A DNA stretch of 63,931 nucleotides, filler included, from Deltaproteobacteria bacterium (GTDB taxonomy: Bacteria; CG2-30-53-67), in the NCBI GenBank assembly GCA_013151235.1. It is 5 parts of 5 records of this genome, joined end to end, with 100 filler letters (N's around TTAATTAATTAA, not from the genome) between each part and the next. Parts side by side here need not be neighbours in the genome. Positions count along the whole stretch, not along the records: positions 8,624 to 18,325 come from JAADIO010000063.1; 4 more parts are not named here. One strand, written 5' to 3'. Of the stretch, positions 9,056 to 17,685 are shown piece by piece. The notes beneath the pieces are model-generated. The model was not told where the DNA came from. It was given only the letters and a program-made list of their open reading frames with translations, and did no database searches. A program made the translations under genes and the position numbers. Every line of letters starts with the position of its first letter. The stretch's first letter is position 1.

Positions 9056-10158
9056 AGATCCTGCATTTCATTTACGACGACCCGCAAAACCCATGGTGTG
9101 GCGGCGGAGGCGCATATCGGGCTCGTGTGATCAATGAACGCCTCGTCGGCGATCACTCCGTAGCTGTTGTCACGGGTAAATTCCCGGGCGCACAGAACGA
9201 GGACATAAACGGAGTTGATTACATCCGCACGGGTTCCTCTCTTTCCTATCCGGCAAGCCGTACAAGCTTCACCTTCCTGGCCCCGTTTTACATGCGCAAG
9301 CCCTGCGATATTGTCGTCGTGGACTTCTCCGCCTATGCCCCGTGTTTTGCAAGCCTCTTTACCGGGAAACCTGTGATTTATATCATGCATCATTCCATAG
9401 AATCACATTCCCTATCCGCTCATCCGCTCATGGGATTCCCGGCAACGATCTCCGAGAAAATTTTCCTGCGCCTTGCACGAAACATCATCACTCCATCCGA
9501 GGCATTGAAAGACAGGATCGTCACCGGATATCCGGGAAAGAATGTGATTGCCATACCGAACGGCGTTTCCGAAAAAATATTCAAATTAATACCCAAGGAG
9601 GAAGAATACATTCTGTTCCTCGGCAGGATCGATATTTACATGAAGGGGCTTGACATACTGATCAATGCTTTTAAGGAAGTGGACGCAAAGGGAATTCTGC
9701 TGAAGATCGCGGGCGGGGGGGAGCCCGGCAGCATGGACATGCTGCGCGACATGGTACACAAGCATCACCTGGGGAAGCATGTTAAAATACTGGGCAGGGT
9801 TTCCGATGAAGAGAAATTGAAGTTGCTGAAAGACTGTCTCTTTCTCGTGATGCCTTCCCGCTTCGAGGGATGGGGGATCACCGCACTGGAAGCAAATGCC
9901 GCCGGCAAGCCGGTCATCGGCACGAAGATCCCGGGTCTCTCCGAGGCGGTCATCGACGAGCAGACGGCTGTCCTTGTCGAACCGGAGGATGCAAAAGAGT
10001 TGACCCGGCAGATGAATCTTCTGCTCCATGACCGCGCAAAACGGGTAAAACTCGGATCAGCCGGCAGAGAACGGGCCCGACGGTTTGCCTGGAAAACCAT
10101 AGCGCTTCAACAATTTGGATTCTACCGCTCAGTTCTTGATCACAGGCCCGCACCCTGA
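9052..10158 (+). CDS. Family 4 glycosyltransferase
   Basis: GTG start overlapping the upstream TGA. ILFLGRIDIYMKG and MPSRFEGWGITALEANAAGKPVI (GT4 E-x7-E motif). Confidence 0.92.
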   Translation: MKILHFIYDDPQNPWCGGGGAYRARVINERLVGDHSVAVVTGKFPGAQNEDINGVDYIRTGSSLSYPASRTSFTFLAPFYMRKPCDIVVVDFSAYAPCFASLFTGKPVIYIMHHSIESHSLSAHPLMGFPATISEKIFLRLARNIITPSEALKDRIVTGYPGKNVIAIPNGVSEKIFKLIPKEEEYILFLGRIDIYMKGLDILINAFKEVDAKGILLKIAGGGEPGSMDMLRDMVHKHHLGKHVKILGRVSDEEKLKLLKDCLFLVMPSRFEGWGITALEANAAGKPVIGTKIPGLSEAVIDEQTAVLVEPEDAKELTRQMNLLLHDRAKRVKLGSAGRERARRFAWKTIALQQFGFYRSVLDHRPAP

Positions 10159-11106
10159 CGAAGCCTGGACCGATGGATTGCCTTTTCTTAACCGGGTTTG
10201 CACTTCTTCCATCAATTTTCGGTTGACACTCAACAAATCCGCAAGGAAGGCCACCAGTATGGTCTGAAAACCAACCCCGAGCAGAATACTGGCAAAGATG
10301 AGAGATTGAATATGACCGGACCCGTTGCCGCTCACATAATAATACAGGAACCGGAGACCAACCAGGAAGCCTGCTGTAAACGCGGCGAAACCAATACTCA
10401 TAAAAAACGTAAACGGTTTATATACCACAAAGATTCTGATGATGGTGATAATAGACTTCCTGACATAAGATGCAAGACTTCTTACAATTCTGGAAGGTCT
10501 TAAATCCTCGTTCACCCTGACCGGCACGGACATCACCGCCATGTTCTTCTGCCCGGCCTGAATTAGCGTTTCCAGTGTGTAGGTATATTCATTGAAAACG
10601 TTCATACGCATTGCCGCATCCCGGCTCATAGCACGAAAACCACTCGGTGCATCCTTAATCTCCGTTTTGCTGACTCCGCGCACAATCCGGCTTCCGAGTC
10701 TTTGAAGATACCTTTTCAACAACGAAAAATGTTTAATCTCATCGATCGGGCGGGCGCCCACAACAATTTCGGCCTGTCCGGATAAAACAGGAGCCACAAG
10801 GGACGGAATATCTCCCGCACAATACTGGTTGTCAGCGTCCGTATTTACGATGACATCAGCCCCTGCCCGGATGCATGCATCCAGGCCCGCCATAAATGCC
10901 CTTGCCAGCCCCTGGTTGCGCGGCAGGCGCACGATGTGGTCCACGCCGTTCGCCGATGCGACTTCCGCCGTGGCGTCGGTACTTCCATCATCTATCACAA
11001 GCCACTCAACCGAGTCAAAACCGGGCACCCGGCGTGGAAGTTCGGAGAGCGTGATCGCAAGGGTTCCTTCTTCGTTGTAGCACGGAATCTGGATCATCAA
11101 CTTCAT
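10129..11106 (-). CDS. Family 2 glycosyltransferase (DPM1-like, two C-terminal TM helices)
   Basis: IQIPCYNEE, VIDDGSTD, NTDADNQY, DAPSGFRA, followed by C-terminal TM segments. Confidence 0.92.
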   Translation of the reverse strand: MKLMIQIPCYNEEGTLAITLSELPRRVPGFDSVEWLVIDDGSTDATAEVASANGVDHIVRLPRNQGLARAFMAGLDACIRAGADVIVNTDADNQYCAGDIPSLVAPVLSGQAEIVVGARPIDEIKHFSLLKRYLQRLGSRIVRGVSKTEIKDAPSGFRAMSRDAAMRMNVFNEYTYTLETLIQAGQKNMAVMSVPVRVNEDLRPSRIVRSLASYVRKSIITIIRIFVVYKPFTFFMSIGFAAFTAGFLVGLRFLYYYVSGNGSGHIQSLIFASILLGVGFQTILVAFLADLLSVNRKLMEEVQTRLRKGNPSVQASSGCGPVIKN

Positions 11107-11165
11107 GGTGGTCACCCTTTACAGTTTTTCAAATTCATTGTCCGTGTCGTTATTCAACATATCCA

Positions 11166-12269
11166 TCATGCATGTTCCAGACTATTATAGATTCGCACAA
11201 GTTTTTCGGCCGAAGCCCGCCAGCTGAAACGCGCGACATTCTTTCTTCCCTGTTCGAGATTGGCCTTTCTTACATGGTTGTCGTTGAGAACGGCCAGGCA
11301 TTTCTCCGTGATTTCCCCGAGATCCAGAGGGTCAAACATCATGCCCGGATCATCCGCTACTTCGGGCAATGACGAGGTATTGGATATGAGCACAGGGCAC
11401 CCGCAAGCCATGGCCTCCAGCGGAGGAAGGCCGAAGCCTTCCATCAGGCTGGGATAGACAAAGAGGTTTGCATGTCTATAAAATAACCCAAGATCCTCCG
11501 ACGGCACATAGCCCACAAGACGGATCCGGTCACGATAACGGGATCTCGTTATGTAATCCAGCGTGGTTCGGAAATCCCAGCCTTTTTTGCCGACAACCAC
11601 GAGGTCAAGATCAACTCCGTGTTTTCCCGCCAGTATCTCGTAGGCCCTGACCAAGCCCAGTAGGTTTTTGCGCGGCTCAATAGTGCCGACGAAAAGGATA
11701 TAATTATTGCGTATACCATACTTCTCTTCCAGCGTGCCCCTGTTTCCCTCCGGTGCATCCCCTGCCACGGCATTGTACACGACATGGACCTTCCCGGGAT
11801 CGACCCTGAATGTAGCAAGGATCTCCTTTTTTGTAAATTCGGATACGGCAATCAAGGCATCCGCTCCTTCAATCATTTTCCTGTTGAAATACCGTCCCAG
11901 CAAGTTACGTACCCGGAACTTCCTGTTGAAAGAGTAATGCTTGTAGAAGAAAAGGTCGTGTACGGTAAGAACAACCTTCGATTCCACCTTGTAGAGAAAA
12001 CCGCCGGGAAGAAACCTGTGCACAACATCAAACCTTGTGGAATTCCTGTAAAGAAAGAAACTGTCCGAAAACATGCAGGGCAGATAATGGAATCTTTTAT
12101 AAAGAACCTCCCTGCCGGAATACACGGGGGCCCCCGTCTTGGCATGGTGGAGCAAGGAATACCGGTTCCTGTCATCAACCGACACGATATTCTCAACCAG
12201 GTTCCGGACCACCACACCTATTCCGGACGGGTCCGTGTCCATCGGATATGTTATCAGTGCAATATCCAT
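11166..12269 (-). CDS. Family 4 glycosyltransferase (mannosyltransferase-like)
   Basis: ILFVGTIEPRKNL and YPSLMEGFGLPPLEAMACGCPV. The ATG overlaps the stop of the upstream GT9 gene. Confidence 0.92.
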   Translation of the reverse strand: MDIALITYPMDTDPSGIGVVVRNLVENIVSVDDRNRYSLLHHAKTGAPVYSGREVLYKRFHYLPCMFSDSFFLYRNSTRFDVVHRFLPGGFLYKVESKVVLTVHDLFFYKHYSFNRKFRVRNLLGRYFNRKMIEGADALIAVSEFTKKEILATFRVDPGKVHVVYNAVAGDAPEGNRGTLEEKYGIRNNYILFVGTIEPRKNLLGLVRAYEILAGKHGVDLDLVVVGKKGWDFRTTLDYITRSRYRDRIRLVGYVPSEDLGLFYRHANLFVYPSLMEGFGLPPLEAMACGCPVLISNTSSLPEVADDPGMMFDPLDLGEITEKCLAVLNDNHVRKANLEQGRKNVARFSWRASAEKLVRIYNSLEHA

Positions 12270-13336
12270 CACCCTCTGCCCGCAAGACATCCTTCAATAT
12301 ATTCTACCACGAATTGAACCCCGATGCTCTCCATACAGCGGGAATCATCATTGCAACCGAAAGCGGTTGAGGACCCCCCATAGGGATATTCGAGGCAGGG
12401 CGCACAGGGAAACCGATCTTTCTCCGGCATCAGAAAGTGTGTCCTGGAACCGCGTGGAGCCGTCCGCACCCAGTTCGTCGGACCGAAGATCCCCAGCACC
12501 TCCGTGCCGACGGCGGCCGCCATATGCATAAGACCCGAGTCATTGCACACGAAAAAGGCGCACTCCCTGATCATGGCGCCGGTCACATTCAGACAGGCGT
12601 TAACGGAAAGAGCCCTGTCCCCCCCGATCGAATTTGCAATCCGCTCCTTCTCCTTGCGCTCTTCTTCTCCGCCAAACACCAGGACCCGGTCGAAGGCCCC
12701 TCCTGCCAGAAGCCGCTTAGACACCTCGACAAACCTCCCGACCGGCCATTTCTTCCCTTTAAGCGGCCCCGCGCCCGCGTGGATTCCGAGCAGCCTCTCA
12801 CCGGACCCTATTCCATGTTGACTCATAAATGCCGCCGCTTCCGCTTCGTCTTCGCGCAGAATGCGGAAAGTCAAACCTGACGGCGCCTGACCGGGTGAAA
12901 TCCCCAAGGCTTCCAGAAGATTCAGATTTTGTTCCACATCATGCAGATCAGGTTGAACAGGGATCTTTACATTGGAGAGAGCGGCTAAAAAGGAACCGCT
13001 CTTTCCGTAATCATGGATTACCCCCTTCTTTGCCATGATCATAAACGGCAGCAGATGGAACTGCGGCCTGTTGGAGGGGAAACAACTCACCGCATAATCA
13101 TACCTGCGCCTTAGCAGAGAGAGATACAATCCCGGCAGTCGGGATCTCTTCTGCGGAAGGATGTACGATGAACGGACCGCAGGATGGCCCCTGAACACGG
13201 CGGCCATGCCGGAATTCCCGAAGAGGCAGTCGACCTCGAACTGCTTCGATGCAAGAACAGCCTCTATAAACGGGCTCTGGAGAATCGTATTTCCGATACC
13301 GGAAACGGATATGATAAGACACCGGGAAACAGGCAT
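12269..13336 (-). CDS. Family 9 glycosyltransferase (heptosyltransferase-like)
   Basis: SGIGNTIL, GIHAGAG...KKWP, CNDSGLMHMAAAVG...IFGPT and CAPC motifs. Start taken at MPVSRC (13336). Confidence 0.9.
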   Translation of the reverse strand: MPVSRCLIISVSGIGNTILQSPFIEAVLASKQFEVDCLFGNSGMAAVFRGHPAVRSSYILPQKRSRLPGLYLSLLRRRYDYAVSCFPSNRPQFHLLPFMIMAKKGVIHDYGKSGSFLAALSNVKIPVQPDLHDVEQNLNLLEALGISPGQAPSGLTFRILREDEAEAAAFMSQHGIGSGERLLGIHAGAGPLKGKKWPVGRFVEVSKRLLAGGAFDRVLVFGGEEERKEKERIANSIGGDRALSVNACLNVTGAMIRECAFFVCNDSGLMHMAAAVGTEVLGIFGPTNWVRTAPRGSRTHFLMPEKDRFPCAPCLEYPYGGSSTAFGCNDDSRCMESIGVQFVVEYIEGCLAGRG

Positions 13337-13710
13337 GGCCTTTTGGTCATGATGCAGAATTAAAATGAAAATTCCGAACACAGGCCCCCTGCATCCGGCC
13401 GGCAGGAGGACTTCCCCATCCCGGGCGGACGGATATTCCGGCGGGACGGTAATCAGGAAGCAGGCCCATCCTACTCCACGGGTATCTCAAAAATCAAGAC
13501 CTGTTTTTTCCTGACAACCTTTCCGAATATTTTCTCCAAATGTTTTTATTGCCCATCTTCCAGCGTTTCTCAACAAACCCGTTATGTGGTTGAGGCTTTG
13601 GAATCAACCCCTTTATGTTGGGAACCCGACCCAGGCAGGCCCGAAACAGCAGAAAAGAGTTGCTTCAAAATTCCGTTCATACTATTATATTTTTATTTAC
13701 GTTCATTCTT

Positions 13711-13937
13711 GATGAAGTCGTAAAAAGTCCTTTTCCGGATTCTGTTCATGGTTCGACAGGCTCACCACGAACGGTCTATTAAGCTTTCCGAGCATGTGGT
13801 TCGGCAAGCTCACCATGCTCGGTAGCTCGCCGAACCACACGAACGGAATATCAATAACTTACATCGTTCGCCCTGAGCGGGCCTGTGCTGAGTTTATCGA
13901 AGCATCGAAGGGTTTCATGACTTTTTACGAGACCATC
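13711..13937. mobile_element. MITE-like element with terminal inverted repeats, a 6-bp target-site duplication and nested REP-like palindromes
   Basis: Left end GATGAAGTCGTAAAAAGTC, right end GACTTTTTACGAGACCATC. ATTCTT directly flanks both ends (13705-13710 and 13938-13943). The interior has tggttcgacaggctcaccacgaacgg and tggttcggcaagctcaccatg with inverted partners cgttcgccctgagc and gtgctgagtttatcgaag. Confidence 0.8.
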
Positions 13938-13963
13938 ATTCTTCCTCCGGAGAAATAAAGCTG

Positions 13964-15463
13964 ATGGAAACAGGGCCGTCCGGAAGAGCAGAAGAGAGAG
14001 AATTGTTTGAGCACAGGGAAAAAAGATGCTTTTCTTACGAGGACGGGTTTTTTATCGCTATCTTTCTCTACTTCGCCTTTCAGTCCTTCTATTTCGCTCT
14101 TCGGATCGCACCGGGGATCTTTCCAGACGAGACGACCCACTTCGGTCTTGCCCAAGTCTTCGCAAAACACCTGATCCCAGTAAACTCGCCTGCAACCTAC
14201 CGCTACGGACTGGTCACTCACGTCCCCACCCTCTATTACTTTCTCATGGGACGGCTTCTCGCCCTCGATCCCTTCCCAGGCTCGGGACTGATATACCTGC
14301 GCTGTATCAACGTCGTCCTTGGCCTGACCGGATTCTATTTCGCCTGGCGATGGTTCCGGACCATCAGCAGATCGGCCGCGGCACGTATTCTGTTCCTGCT
14401 CCTGCTGGCCAACACACTCATGTATTCCTTCCTAGCCGGGGCGGTCAGTTACGACAACCTGACCAATCTTCTCGCCGTCGTCACCCTCTACGGCCTGACG
14501 GCCTACGCCCAAAACGGAAAGGTCGGGCAGTTTCTTCTCTTTACTGCGGCCCTCCTCGCCGGATGTCTGTCTAAAACATCCTTTCTCCCCTATGCTTTTG
14601 CTCTGGCACTTGCCGCGGCAGCAGTCATGATCACCAGGAACCGGGCAGGGAAGAAAAACAAGGAGATCCATCTCTTTCGGAATCCGTTTTCCGCCCGCAG
14701 CCATCTTCTACCCGTGGTGCTGGTCGTCCTCCTTCTAACCGGAAACGTTGTCCTCTACGGCGGCAACCTCATCCGGTATCACCACCTTGTGCCCGGAGCA
14801 ATGCAGATTCTGACGGAAGATCAGGCGATGCAGAACCGGATATTCGCCCGCGACCGGATCACAGATCTTTACCGACGGGGAAAGATCTCCTGGGAACAGG
14901 CCGTAGGCATGCTCCCACTGATCCGCAACAGGGGAGACCGGGCATCCGCATACTATGGACTGGAGATTTCCGTCCGGGAAAAACGGCACCCCACCCAGCG
15001 CAAGGACCGCCTGACATACGCCTTCATCTGGAGCAAGCGGATGCTCAGCCTCATTCACGGGATTGCCGCCCACCGTATGATGCAAAAGGAAGGATATGCA
15101 CTGACCCCCTACATCCTCCTCTGGCTCCTGCTCCTGGGCCGAATGACCCGGCGGATCAGAGAATCCGACCTTGCCGGATGGGCCATACCGCTCGTGTTGC
15201 TTTCCGCCTTTTACATCCTGATCCTCATGCAGGTCGTCAACTACAACAGTTACCTGAAGACATCCAGTCTTTACACCGCCGTCCAGGGACGCTACCTCTT
15301 CCCCGTCATCGTCCCCATCTACGGGCTCATGGCCCACTACCTGACCGACGGTCTCCCCCGTTACGTCCGGTGGGGAGCCGTCCTGATCATCGGAGCCGGC
15401 ATGATCTACGCCGGGTTCCCCTGGTTCCTGAGCCACGCCGGACCGGAATGGTTCATCTCCTGA
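13964..15463 (+). CDS. GT-C fold membrane glycosyltransferase-like protein (DUF2142-like)
   Basis: FPDETTH after TM1, HVPTLYY, VSYDNL, SKTS and a C-terminal QGRYLFP; multiple TM helices. Confidence 0.75.
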   Translation: METGPSGRAEERELFEHREKRCFSYEDGFFIAIFLYFAFQSFYFALRIAPGIFPDETTHFGLAQVFAKHLIPVNSPATYRYGLVTHVPTLYYFLMGRLLALDPFPGSGLIYLRCINVVLGLTGFYFAWRWFRTISRSAAARILFLLLLANTLMYSFLAGAVSYDNLTNLLAVVTLYGLTAYAQNGKVGQFLLFTAALLAGCLSKTSFLPYAFALALAAAAVMITRNRAGKKNKEIHLFRNPFSARSHLLPVVLVVLLLTGNVVLYGGNLIRYHHLVPGAMQILTEDQAMQNRIFARDRITDLYRRGKISWEQAVGMLPLIRNRGDRASAYYGLEISVREKRHPTQRKDRLTYAFIWSKRMLSLIHGIAAHRMMQKEGYALTPYILLWLLLLGRMTRRIRESDLAGWAIPLVLLSAFYILILMQVVNYNSYLKTSSLYTAVQGRYLFPVIVPIYGLMAHYLTDGLPRYVRWGAVLIIGAGMIYAGFPWFLSHAGPEWFIS

Positions 15464-15527
15464 GCTAATTGAACCAGCGTCGGCAGGTTCTCCGCCGCTG
15501 TATACTTTTGCCGCCGGTTTTTCAAAT

Positions 15528-15568
15528 CCCCCCCTCATCCCGGCCTTCTCCCCGCATGGGAGAAGGAG
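15528..15568. repeat. REP-like palindrome (CCCCCTCATCCCGGCCTTCTCCCC...GGGAGAAGG family)
   Basis: Hairpin CCTTCTCCC-cgcat-GGGAGAAGG; near-identical copy at 26604-26643. Confidence 0.7.
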
Positions 15569-15804
15569 GCTGCGTATCCCGTCGACCCCATTCAGCCTGT
15601 TGATCCGGCTCGGTTACGACTTGTTCCTTTTTTATTTCCCAGATCCCCCCTGCGGCAAGAAAATCCAAATTGCAATTTACAATGGTTAACTCCTCTTGAC
15701 TTTTGCCCGGCCGTTCCTGTGGAGCCCGGATTCAACTTGATCTTATGACCGCATTGTGTGAATATGGGACGGGCAAGATGAATCCCCTCTAAGCGAGACC
15801 CGTC

Positions 15805-16233
15805 ATGTCCCTGAAAGAAGACATCATCAAGATCTTTTCCAGCCCGTCACTTCAGGATGCCCTGGAAAAGGATTGCCATGTCGATCTCGCGATACTCTTC
15901 GGCAGCGCAGCCTCCGGTAGGCAGAATCCCCGGGATCTGGACCTTGCGTTTCTCTTCCGGGAGCATCTGTCCGGGGATCAGGAAGAAAGACTCCTCGGAC
16001 TTCTCAGAAGCTCGATACAGGTCGACAGGCTCGATGTGGTCTGCCTAAACCATGCCGATTGTTCCCTGCGGTACGAGGCCATCCGGAACGGGACACTCCT
16101 TTACGAATCGGAAAGCGCACGATACGCCGATTTCATCACCAGGACCTTCAAGGATTACGAAGAGATGAATTTTCTGAAACGGCACTACCACAGGGCAAAG
16201 ATCGAGGAATTAAGAAGGATTGCAGATGTATAA
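15805..16233 (+). CDS. MNT minimal nucleotidyltransferase antitoxin (MntA-like)
   Basis: AILFGSAASG...RDLDLAF (GS...DxD), RLDVVCLN and YEAIRNGTLLYE. Confidence 0.9.
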   Translation: MSLKEDIIKIFSSPSLQDALEKDCHVDLAILFGSAASGRQNPRDLDLAFLFREHLSGDQEERLLGLLRSSIQVDRLDVVCLNHADCSLRYEAIRNGTLLYESESARYADFITRTFKDYEEMNFLKRHYHRAKIEELRRIADV

Positions 16234-16639
16234 TCGTGATCTCGTCCTGAGAAAGATCGAGTCCCTGAAAAGATACCTCGACGAACTTTCGACCTTCCGG
16301 ACTCTCACATTCGAGGAATACAAGGGTAAGATATCGAACTACCGGTCCGTGGAACGGCTGATCCAGTTGCTGGTGGAAGTCGCATCGGACATCAACGCCC
16401 ACCTCCTCGCGAGGATGCGCGGTATCGCCGTCGAGGATTACCGCTCCTCCTTCCTGCGAATGGGTGAAACCGGTCTTCTCGACCCGGCTTTGGCGCAGGA
16501 CCTCTCCAGGGCAACAGGGATGCGAAACCGGCTGGTCCATGATTATGAAAAGATCGACGACCGAACGGTCTTCAACACCATTCCTCTCGCCCTTGCCGGA
16601 TTCAAAGAATACATCCGGCAGATCCTCAACCTTCTTTGA
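16226..16639 (+). CDS. HEPN (DUF86) ribonuclease toxin (HepT-like)
   Basis: VERLIQLLVEVASDI and the R-x4-H-x-Y motif MRNRLVHDY; overlaps the MNT stop. Confidence 0.9.
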   Translation: MYNRDLVLRKIESLKRYLDELSTFRTLTFEEYKGKISNYRSVERLIQLLVEVASDINAHLLARMRGIAVEDYRSSFLRMGETGLLDPALAQDLSRATGMRNRLVHDYEKIDDRTVFNTIPLALAGFKEYIRQILNLL

Positions 16640-16669
16640 TTCTCTCCGCACCCCTGGCGTTAACTGCAA

Positions 16670-16784
16670 AAACCAACACCACCCTCTCGCCAAGCACGCA
16701 AAGATCGCCAAGAAAGATCAAGATATATCTGCCTTTGCCCTTGATTTTGATTTTACTCCGCGTACCTTGGCGTCCTTTGCGAGA
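16670..16784. repeat. ~115-bp palindromic repeat unit, copy 1
   Basis: TCTCGCCAAGCACGCAAAGATCGCCAAG (16685-16712) is inverted against CTCCGCGTACCTTGGCGTCCTTTGCGAGA (16756-16784). The whole unit is a direct repeat of 17196-17317. Confidence 0.8.
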
Positions 16785-16919
16785 TATGCCTTGGGTTTTC
16801 CCCGTGACTCCCCGTGTTCCCCGTGGTCAATTCTTTTTTGTCCGTCCACAGGAGACTTGACTCCCGCCCGGATTGGTGTAAAATCCATATCAGTAGAACC
16901 AATCAGGAGCAAGATCCCG

Positions 16920-17171
16920 ATGAGTATCATTCAGAGAATCCTCAAGATCGATCTCCCCAAGGGACAGTCCGCCTTCCTGTGGGGACCCCGCAAGACGGGA
17001 AAGACGACCTTTCTACGCCGGCATTTCCCGGAAAGTCCCGTCTACGATTTCCTGAAGACCGACCTCTTTCTTGAATTTTCGAAGAGGCCGTCTCTTCTTC
17101 GGGAACGGATCCGGATCATGCCCTGGCGGAACTTCCTGCGGGAACTCCGGCGGGGGGAGATCATATCCTGA
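16920..17171 (+). pseudogene. Internally deleted AAA_14/DUF4143-type ATPase (83-aa remnant)
   Basis: MSIIQRILKIDLPKGQSAFLWGPRKTGKTT (Walker A) runs directly into IRIMPWRNFLRELRRGEIIS, which resembles the extreme C-terminus of this family. There is no Walker B. AGGAG RBS upstream. Confidence 0.8.
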
Positions 17172-17195
17172 GGCTGCGCAGCCTCCCTCGTTTTG

Positions 17196-17317
17196 AAACC
17201 AAAACCATCCTCTCGCCAAGCACGCCAAGACCGCAAAGAAAAGGCAAGATCTATTCTGTCTTTGATCCTGCCTTTGATTTTGATCTTACTTGGCGTACCT
17301 TTGCGTCCTCTGCGAGA
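17196..17317. repeat. ~120-bp palindromic repeat unit, copy 2
   Basis: TCTCGCCAAGCACGCCAAGACCGCAAAG (17211-17238) is inverted against CTTGGCGTACCTTTGCGTCCTCTGCGAGA (17289-17317). Confidence 0.8.
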
Positions 17318-17489
17318 AACAGGTTTTGCCTTTGATATCTGTTGTCCACGCTCCGATCTCTGCGTGATTTCCCCCACCCCTGTGGAATAGCACGCACGGC
17401 ATTCGTCAGAAAGTTACACAACAAGATCCCGACGCGCCACAACACCTTGAAACTTCAGCCAAAATATTCCACCCCCAAAAAAGAGGATT

Positions 17490-17511
17490 CTGGCACAGCA
17501 CACCCCTTGCA
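17490..17511 (+). promoter_or_regulatory. Sigma54 (-24/-12) promoter apparently interrupted by a 5-bp tandem duplication
   Basis: CTG-GCACA-GCACA-CCCCTTGCA. Removing one GCACA gives TGGCACACCCCTTGCA with the canonical GG-N10-GC spacing. Confidence 0.55.
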
Positions 17512-17685
17512 GTATAGCTTGGGCAACAACAATCGGGTTTCCGGATCGAAATAGTATCGGTCGGAAAACAAAAAACAAAAAAAGGAGGTGATGCCGAGAA
17601 AACGTACGGGGTAATGGGAAGTCAGTAGTAACGACAGGAAATTTTGGACGCAACAGTAATCAACTCGAGCAGAAAGGAAACAACC

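Noticed and set aside
10129-10158. 30-nt overlap of convergent glycosyltransferase genes
   Set aside because: Short tail-to-tail overlap in non-conserved tails; common and uninformative.
16464-16919. 235-aa ORF extending upstream of the AAA remnant
   Set aside because: The extension runs through the HEPN gene in another frame and through repeat DNA; the family-like sequence begins at ATG 16920.
16670-17317. Repeats as a possible CRISPR array or integron attC sites
   Set aside because: Only two long units with degenerate inverted arms; no constant repeat/unique spacer periodicity, no cas or intI gene, and no RYYYAAC/GTTRRRY ends.
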